Source of the DNA: a virus
Lineage: Duplodnaviria > Caudoviricetes
Reading direction: 5' to 3' (one strand)
IMG/VR virus record: IMGVR_UViG_2889388703_000001
Location: 1 to 64,000 of that record
Length of the DNA stretch: 64,000 nt
The position numbers and the translations under genes were made by a program. Positions 57,408-64,000 of this stretch are shown in pieces; position 1 is the first letter of the stretch, and the number at the start of each line of letters is the position of its first letter. Below the pieces are notes generated by a model. That model saw only the letters and a program-made list of their open reading frames with translations. It was not told where the DNA came from and ran no database searches.

Positions 57408-58039
57408 ACCAGCCGCTTTCCTTTTAGTGTCAACATAAGCTCAGGACGTGTAGCCACACCCAACTTCGCAAAAATACGTTTCCGCATGTTGTCTATATTG
57501 GAATAGCTGCATCCCATTTCGTCGGCAATCTCTTCGTAGGTGAGCGAAGTATTTACCAGCATGTTCGCTACAGCAGCTTGAGTGGGAGTCAGCCCGCACT
57601 CGTACACCGGATTGCAGCACACCTCCTTTTTATCCTTGAAGGCTGGGTTGAATCCGTTGAACGGACAGTTATATCGCATAGGGCAGTGTGTGTGCTCGGT
57701 ATTGAAGTCTTCCGGACCTTCATGGTCGGGAATATCGTCCTCGCGTCCGAAACAACAGTTCAGGCTTACCAGCGCAAGCTCTGACAGATAGCGGCTGCGA
57801 AGGTTCCGTATGGTCTTATAAGAACGTCCAAGTCGCATCTGCAGAAGCTGGTCGGCTGCCACCAGGTGTGAAGGATAGTTTTTCTTCATCTCGTCGAGGT
57901 ATTCCTCTACGAAGTCAATTCCCGTCTTCCCGTCGTTCTTTACCGTAATTTCCTCTCCGTCTTCAAAAACAATTCTTGAGAATCCGTCCTGAAGGCGTGT
58001 ATATGCTTCCCATTGTCTTTCCAGCATGTATCCCATCAC
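57404..58039 (-). CDS. LuxR-type HTH transcriptional regulator
   Basis: LTPTQAAVANML...TYEEIADEMGCSYSNIDNMRKRIFAKLGV. Confidence 0.8.
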   Translation of the reverse strand: MMGYMLERQWEAYTRLQDGFSRIVFEDGEEITVKNDGKTGIDFVEEYLDEMKKNYPSHLVAADQLLQMRLGRSYKTIRNLRSRYLSELALVSLNCCFGREDDIPDHEGPEDFNTEHTHCPMRYNCPFNGFNPAFKDKKEVCCNPVYECGLTPTQAAVANMLVNTSLTYEEIADEMGCSYSNIDNMRKRIFAKLGVATRPELMLTLKGKRLV

Positions 58040-58416
58040 ATTTCCTCCATTTGTTTCTTATACTCCTTATAAATAGATTCCAGCCCGCGAAGCTCTACTT
58101 CCGTGAAGTCGAAGTTACGGAAATGCGCACGCAGCGCATGTTCGCCCATACCTCGTTCTTTCATGAACTCGATAAATTCTCCCTTCTTTCTCACACCGGA
58201 AAAGAAGTCTTTCAGTTCCCCTTCGTAGTCAGGATCAAAATCTCTCAGGCATTTTTCCACGCCTTCCGCCTCCCACCGGCGCACGCGGTTCAACCTGATC
58301 TTCTGGTACGCCGTGCTCATGCTCATTCCGTAATGTTCCACCAGGTAGCGGCTAAATCCCAGCCGCATGGGGCTCAACTTTTTTTCGGATAATGCTTCAA
58401 TGATGCTCATTTTCAT
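58036..58416 (-). CDS. Cro-like early regulator
   Basis: First gene divergent from the repressor; HTH-like GMSMSTAYQKI; start moved downstream of the promoter. Confidence 0.5.
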   Translation of the reverse strand: MKMSIIEALSEKKLSPMRLGFSRYLVEHYGMSMSTAYQKIRLNRVRRWEAEGVEKCLRDFDPDYEGELKDFFSGVRKKGEFIEFMKERGMGEHALRAHFRNFDFTEVELRGLESIYKEYKKQMEEM

Positions 58417-58480
58417 ACTTCTGATATATATTGTCGTTTCTCGCTTTTGCGGTTTCGGTCGTTTTTTGTTATTTTTACCC

Positions 58481-58543
58481 TGCAAAGTAACAATTTTAAT
58501 TTGACAATCGCATTATAATTGTTACGGAAATAACAATTTTAAA
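58481..58543. promoter_or_regulatory. Immunity switch operator/promoter, copy 4
   Basis: GTAACAATTTTAA...CGCATTATAATTGTTAC...TAACAATTTTAA between divergent regulators. Confidence 0.7.
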
Positions 58544-58553
58544 CTGATTTTTT

Positions 58554-59843
58554 ATGTACTATTTCAATTCTTTCCTGTTCAATAATCTTCCCAAGCTCTT
58601 CGGCCTGAGCGAAAAAGGCGTGTCGGAGAAGGTGTACGGAAAATCATACATGTATAAAAGAAAGGTTGATAATCAAGACAATATACTCGTGCATGACATC
58701 GTAATGGTGTGCAACACATTCCACATAAGCCTGTCAAACTTCATTATGTCGGCTCCTCCTGAAAATTTACTCGGTAATCGCTTCAAATATGTCATACCGG
58801 ATGAAGATTTTAAAGAGGTGAGATTCATACCCGAAAACTTGCGCTGGCTCTACGGTCCGCAGGGACTTACCAAAATTCCTTCGCTTGCTGAATTTTCGCG
58901 TCAGAGCGGAATATCAGTCACCAGTATCGTAAGGTGGCAGAATCCGAAGATAGGAGGGTGTACGGTTAACTGGCTTATCGGAATATGCAACCGTTTCGGA
59001 ATCGACATAGACGTGTTCATGGAAGACGAGAATGAGAAGCTTGAAAAGTACGCGGCCACCGAGACGGAAATATCGCCGCGCGTGTGGCAGGAAATTTCGG
59101 AACTCAAAGAGGCTATAAGACAATACCGGCAGGAACGAATATCACTTCTGGATGAAAACCGCAAGCTGAAAGCAAGAATCAAGGAAACGGAGCTTGTGGC
59201 AGAAGAAAGCACCGAATACACCTACGCAGACAGGAAAGTCAGGGAATGGAAGGCTAACTGGGGATTGCTGGAGAACTTTCATATCGTCGTGGGAGTGTCC
59301 AGGCGGAAAGTGATTCAGGATGCCGGCATGCAGAATTTCAGCGAACTGTTCATCGAAGGAAACATGCTGATTACCTCGCTGGTGAAACTTTGCAACAAAT
59401 ACCATATCAGCACAAGACATATATTCTATCGGGATAACGGCATTGTTCCGGAAGTAAATGTGTACGACTATTACCGGTCGGACAACTGGAAGACGGTAGT
59501 TTTCCATCCGGAATATGTGAATGATTTTTTCGGGAAGGAGAGCGTGACGGGTATAAACCGCTCGGAACTGCTTGAACGTATGAATATTAGCGAATGGAAA
59601 CTTCGTGCATGGCGAAAAGAAAACAGCACCATGCGAATAAAAGACATGCTGGAGATATGCAACCGGTTGGAAGTAACACCTTACTATCTTATTTCGGATC
59701 AGAATCGCATGGATATTTCATTTGGTGTAACCAGTGCGGAAATCCTGCTGGAAGAGAACCGTATGCTCCGCCAGCAGGTTATCCGGTTGAAAGAAAAACT
59801 ACAGAAGAAAAACGGAGAAGGATTCCTTCCGTTAGACGAATGA
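58554..59843 (+). CDS. Putative repressor with several XRE-like HTH repeats
   Basis: Only long plus-strand gene; about 4 repeats ending in (I/V/L)CN.F/Y.I; SLAEFSRQSGISVTSIVRW. Confidence 0.7.
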   Translation: MYYFNSFLFNNLPKLFGLSEKGVSEKVYGKSYMYKRKVDNQDNILVHDIVMVCNTFHISLSNFIMSAPPENLLGNRFKYVIPDEDFKEVRFIPENLRWLYGPQGLTKIPSLAEFSRQSGISVTSIVRWQNPKIGGCTVNWLIGICNRFGIDIDVFMEDENEKLEKYAATETEISPRVWQEISELKEAIRQYRQERISLLDENRKLKARIKETELVAEESTEYTYADRKVREWKANWGLLENFHIVVGVSRRKVIQDAGMQNFSELFIEGNMLITSLVKLCNKYHISTRHIFYRDNGIVPEVNVYDYYRSDNWKTVVFHPEYVNDFFGKESVTGINRSELLERMNISEWKLRAWRKENSTMRIKDMLEICNRLEVTPYYLISDQNRMDISFGVTSAEILLEENRMLRQQVIRLKEKLQKKNGEGFLPLDE

Positions 59844-60953
59844 GTTCATAGTACTTCCTGAGAATCCATACCGCACACTGAAATTCACGGAAATAAGACC
59901 TGGTTTAGCGCGGTCATAAAGTTTGTTCGTCTCTTCTGGTATGATGGCGACGGGTATGTATGTGCCGTTATCGTACATCCATGCCTTTCGCGTCACCACA
60001 AATTCCGTGAGCCACCATTCGGCCCACTCTCTGTTTACAAATCCGCTGCTCATGGAAAAAGTTCCTGAAGGCGTCTGTGCATAGCTGGCAGTGCGCGTGG
60101 TAGCACGGTAGGAAATGTCAGCAGGAAGCGTGTAAAGCTCACTCTGTATGTCATACTCCAGCGCATCGCGCGTAAAAGCGACTACACTTTCCATCAAACC
60201 GAACCCGTTCAGGAATATGAAGTGGCGCATGAGCGGGTTTGTCTTTACCGCATAGCGCTTCTTCCCGGTTTCAAATCCGGTGTTCACTGTAAGCTCACCT
60301 TCCTTCAACGATGATGTGATTATTTGCAATGAATCCGGGACCAGCGCACCACGTGTGTATTCGGAATATTCTTTCGATTCTTCTCCCTGCACTACGCTGT
60401 AGGTAATGGTGTCCGATCGGGTACTTACTGCAGGAATACACAGTATCCATCCCAATGGAACAATATCTCCCTCCGGTTTACGGCTCAAGATACGTCCCTC
60501 ACCTAAAATCTCTGTGGTATCTACATTGGATGTGGTAAGGCGTTCAAACTCCGTGAGCCTTCCGGGTATGGCATTGTACTGCTCAGAAGTGGTTTCACCT
60601 TCTTCTATCTCTACCATCCCGTCAAGATACGATTCCTTGTAGGTAATGGTGTATCGTGCAGCGTATATCATCTGTGAAAGGGTTTGCGTTCCGTTCACAT
60701 CAAACGTCATCTTTCGTGACAGCGTAGTTTTTATGGTTTCTCCAATATTGAAAACGGCTATTCCGTCAGCTCCTACCTCAAATGAGTAACTTTCTGAATA
60801 AGGAAACTCTTCAGATCCGGCAAATGCGGTGGCATTGACCGTAATCTTTATGCGGAGAAACGTTTTTCCGCTCAGCGTGGTTTTTGCCTTAACCACTATG
60901 GGGTCGCCTGCAAATGCTATCTGTGGCGGCTGCTGTAATACCTGTATTGCCAT
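59832..60953 (-). CDS. Putative tail/structural protein
   Basis: FIFLNGFGLMES motif seen in Bacteroidetes phage tail proteins; position. Confidence 0.6.
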   Translation of the reverse strand: MAIQVLQQPPQIAFAGDPIVVKAKTTLSGKTFLRIKITVNATAFAGSEEFPYSESYSFEVGADGIAVFNIGETIKTTLSRKMTFDVNGTQTLSQMIYAARYTITYKESYLDGMVEIEEGETTSEQYNAIPGRLTEFERLTTSNVDTTEILGEGRILSRKPEGDIVPLGWILCIPAVSTRSDTITYSVVQGEESKEYSEYTRGALVPDSLQIITSSLKEGELTVNTGFETGKKRYAVKTNPLMRHFIFLNGFGLMESVVAFTRDALEYDIQSELYTLPADISYRATTRTASYAQTPSGTFSMSSGFVNREWAEWWLTEFVVTRKAWMYDNGTYIPVAIIPEETNKLYDRAKPGLISVNFSVRYGFSGSTMNSFV

Positions 60954-60967
60954 GTTTTAGTTCTTCA

Positions 60968-63097
60968 TTAAATGGTATATAGTTCGATTGTTACCTCCGT
61001 AATCCCGCTACGGCCAATGCTGTAGGATAACTTATTGATGAATCCCACATAGTTACCTATCTGGTAGCGCTTGAGCATGTCCAGTCCTGCAATCTGCGAT
61101 ATGGTCATTCTTACTGTCAGTATCACGGTCTTCCGGTTGTAAAGGAAGTAAAGATACTCCGAAAGGAATTTTGACACCAGCCCACGGTCCTGGTATGCCT
61201 GAGAAGCGGGATACTTGTCTTTCCCGGCCACCAGCTTGAGCGAGAATCGTCCGGGCTGGTCTACTCCACCCTGCTCCGTGCCGTTGTAATCAAAGAACCG
61301 TCCAAAGTTATCGCAGCTGTCGGCTGTGAAAGCACTGTTGGCTACCGTATGTACCCACGAGTCGTTTCCTTCACCGTCGTAGTTTTCGGTGTAGTCTATC
61401 CCTGATTCGCTACCGGGTCCGCGCATGATTCCAAGGCAATATCCGGCATCGTAAGTACGCATGGGTGATTCTTCTGCTGATTCTTTGTCATAATTTTCAT
61501 CGGAAAGATAGCTCAGCGTTATCTCATGCTTGTATCTCATCATGTGAGAAGGTGCTACGCCCAATATCCCGGGAATAAGACTGAAACTTGCATTCCTTTC
61601 CGACAGAAGTTCCTGATCGGCAAATACAGCCAGAATCTGCTGACCTTCTTTACCAGACATAGCCTCTGAAACTACTGTCTGACCGTTTACATCATTTATC
61701 ATCACCGGAGCAAAGTTGATAGATATTTCATCTTCCTCTTCTTCCGTCGATGTGCCTCCGATTAAATAATCACGGAATCCACCAACCTCAAACAACGAAG
61801 GATTTCCTCCAGTATTCTCGTCCACTTTTATACGATAGGAGTTCCCTGTAAGTTTATCCTGATAGCATGTAGTGTCATTGGATGCTTGTCCCTGCTGAAG
61901 AATCTCCATGTAATTATTCTTTTCCTTCACATTGGAATAATCATCATAATTGAATGCAGTATCATCTTCCTGGCCGTATGTAAGGCGTATGGTCTTTTCT
62001 TTTGATTTTTTCAACTGCATCCCCACTATTTCCACATCAAGAATGGATGTTTCATCCGATTTCAGAATGTCTTTTATATATATGACATCCATCGTATTTT
62101 TTGCACTGTCGTACAAGAACCGAATACCAAAAGCATTTTGCAGGTCTTCAATCAAATCTTCCATTTCTACATCCGGGAAATTCTGATTGGTAGCAAAAAC
62201 ATTCACCGCGCTATAAGAAAAGTTCTGGGTAAGAAATGTCGCAATTGTTCTGTATGAATTAGCACCTGGAATTACATTATACTTTAAGTCATAATGAAGA
62301 GAAAATGATGAACCCATAAAATTATTCATCATAATATCTGTCCATGATACAGAAAATGAATCTCCCTTTTCTTCCGTATGACACTGCGTGCTGAAAAATG
62401 CCAGACGGCACATGTCTTCCATTGTGGACAAATCGTTCTTTTGTACGCCGATATTCAGATATTTGAAGAAACAATCAAGAAGATACATTACGTAGAAGCA
62501 TACACCGCTGTACGGTCTTCTGGGTTCCAATATATTATAGCTTCCTGCATCGTTTGGTGTACATACCCTTACATTGCAATATGGCTTTATAGGATAAGGG
62601 TCCGATTCGTTGCTCTCGGTGTAATTCATCACTCCATCGTTAAGGTATATGGTTATAAATAAATTATCATCCGTATTGGAATATTGTGTGGAAGCTGATT
62701 TTACCCTATATCCCAGTTTTATCTCCCTGTCGAGCGGAATATCCCTTGCATTCATCCCCTCTATATGGGCCATGAAATCGCTGTTACCGGAAATGAATGT
62801 GACGGGAAGTGTATCTTCGAACTCCACTTCATCGTCCGTTTCTATCACACCACGGTATATCATCACGCCGTCCACCCAAAGCTCTGCGGGCATACGGTCA
62901 ATGTCCTTCAGATTAATGTCTCCCCACGGATCGGCAATGTTCTTGAAAATTTCGCGGTTGGGTTCCAGCGGAATTTCGAAAGGGAACGAGAATGTTCCCT
63001 GGTCATTGAAAAGTGGGTTCGACTGCTCCAGTGTAATGGAAAAATCTTCCGACAGCTTTACCCACTGGCTGTTAATCTTTATCTGTAGTCCTTTCAT
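60968..63097 (-). CDS. Putative tail (baseplate hub/tip) protein
   Basis: ITLEQSNPLFNDQGTFSFPFEIP N-terminus; follows the tape measure gene. Confidence 0.65.
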   Translation of the reverse strand: MKGLQIKINSQWVKLSEDFSITLEQSNPLFNDQGTFSFPFEIPLEPNREIFKNIADPWGDINLKDIDRMPAELWVDGVMIYRGVIETDDEVEFEDTLPVTFISGNSDFMAHIEGMNARDIPLDREIKLGYRVKSASTQYSNTDDNLFITIYLNDGVMNYTESNESDPYPIKPYCNVRVCTPNDAGSYNILEPRRPYSGVCFYVMYLLDCFFKYLNIGVQKNDLSTMEDMCRLAFFSTQCHTEEKGDSFSVSWTDIMMNNFMGSSFSLHYDLKYNVIPGANSYRTIATFLTQNFSYSAVNVFATNQNFPDVEMEDLIEDLQNAFGIRFLYDSAKNTMDVIYIKDILKSDETSILDVEIVGMQLKKSKEKTIRLTYGQEDDTAFNYDDYSNVKEKNNYMEILQQGQASNDTTCYQDKLTGNSYRIKVDENTGGNPSLFEVGGFRDYLIGGTSTEEEEDEISINFAPVMINDVNGQTVVSEAMSGKEGQQILAVFADQELLSERNASFSLIPGILGVAPSHMMRYKHEITLSYLSDENYDKESAEESPMRTYDAGYCLGIMRGPGSESGIDYTENYDGEGNDSWVHTVANSAFTADSCDNFGRFFDYNGTEQGGVDQPGRFSLKLVAGKDKYPASQAYQDRGLVSKFLSEYLYFLYNRKTVILTVRMTISQIAGLDMLKRYQIGNYVGFINKLSYSIGRSGITEVTIELYTI

Positions 63098-63104
63098 CGT
63101 GTCA

Positions 63105-64000
63105 TTATTTTATCAGTCCGCGTTTAGTCATGAAATTGCTGGCTTTGTTCAACTGGTTTACCGCACCCTTGCTCCCGTATGGGTCTACGGTGGCGCTAAT
63201 CGGCTTGCTCAGACGCTCGTTCAGTGTGGAAAGTGCTTCGGCCACACTCCCGAGCATTTGTGTCATCTGCTCGTTCTGCATGGTCATATCCGTAGCTCCG
63301 GATGCTACCTGTGTAATCTGCGCCGGCATAGAAGGATAGTTCCCGCTGGCAAATGTAGGCATGGCGGCCGATTTGAGCTGCCCGTGCCGCGCAATGGTAA
63401 GAATGCTTTCGTAGATGTGTGGATAGTTCAGAATAAGTTTCTGTGTAGTATCGCCGTCCACAATCATTTCAGGCTTCTTTTCAGAGAAGATTCCGAAATG
63501 CGCACCTCTGCCGTACACTCCAGTTTTAAGTTCCTTCTGGTAGCGTGCGTTGTATATCTGTCCGTCGTTTCCCAGTACCGGATAGTCACCCTCTGCGTAG
63601 GTAAGCATTCCGGCTGCTACACGGCCCTTGCTGCTTGATGATGCTCCAGTTACTGCCGCAACTTCCTGTTTTGACTTTGTAAATGCGCCCATAGCAAGTC
63701 CCATAAGTCCATTTAACGCAGCAGAAATTACGGCTATCAGAGGAATACCCCACCAGCCCAACTCTTCTATAATTTTAGCAGAACCGCCGGCAATAGCGCC
63801 CGTTATTTTACCGCCCATTCCTTTTTCGCTCGCTGCAAGCCCGGAAATGATCGTACTTCCGGCGCTTTGCACAATTGACTGGTTTCCAGACTGCTCAATA
63901 GCCACTTCCTGTTTTTTAAGCGCCTTCTTGGTTAGAAGTTCCTGAATCTTCTGCATAATAAGTTGCTTTGTAAGATTCATGGTTGTCTGAATAAGCTGTT
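63105..64000 (-). CDS. Tail tape measure protein, C-terminal part (truncated by the window)
   Basis: Ala/Gly-rich helices, YAEGDY / FASGNY and EKKPEMIVD motifs; frame open to the window edge. Confidence 0.7.
   Translation of the reverse strand, partial: QLIQTTMNLTKQLIMQKIQELLTKKALKKQEVAIEQSGNQSIVQSAGSTIISGLAASEKGMGGKITGAIAGGSAKIIEELGWWGIPLIAVISAALNGLMGLAMGAFTKSKQEVAAVTGASSSSKGRVAAGMLTYAEGDYPVLGNDGQIYNARYQKELKTGVYGRGAHFGIFSEKKPEMIVDGDTTQKLILNYPHIYESILTIARHGQLKSAAMPTFASGNYPSMPAQITQVASGATDMTMQNEQMTQMLGSVAEALSTLNERLSKPISATVDPYGSKGAVNQLNKASNFMTKRGLIK

Noticed and set aside
1-64000. Diversity-generating retroelement, integrase/att sites, cas genes, portal and lysis genes
   Set aside because: No reverse transcriptase, recombinase, Cas, portal or endolysin motifs were recognised; they may lie outside the window.

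Overview
The whole window looks like part of a large (>64 kb) tailed phage or prophage of a Bacteroidales host, judged from TAnnTTTG-type promoters, A-rich Shine-Dalgarno-less start regions and Bacteroidetes-type gene families. Almost all genes are on the minus strand. Left to right: an accessory/DNA-modification block (flavoprotein, RlmN/Cfr-like radical SAM, C5 and N6/N4 methyltransferases, DUF1599-like, SSB, SPFH, exonuclease; 0.1-14 kb); an early anti-defence-like island of about 20 short genes including ArdA-, LPD29- and DUF3560-like genes, each with a conserved hairpin plus start-region leader (14-25 kb); a tandem-repeat/GC-rich boundary (25.4 kb); HU-like, antirepressor and HIRAN genes; terminase, tandem tail-tube-like paralogs, major capsid and S49 protease (31.8-41 kb); a 1 kb non-coding, origin-like region; many small genes; a primase-helicase; LuxR-type and Cro-like genes with a divergent multi-HTH repressor; and tail genes running off the right end. 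The most striking observations are RNA-level. (1) A promoter- and terminator-bounded crRNA-like unit at 14848-14973, where type I-B-like repeat halves flank a 39-nt spacer that itself begins with a Cas12a-type repeat. (2) Five inverted, mostly GNRA-hairpin-containing copies of the shared start-region motif, which would act as antisense to about 17 early genes. (3) A tRNA-shaped element whose anticodon arm is replaced by a sequence antisense to the tail-tube start region. All family assignments come from motif recognition by eye; no database searches were run.
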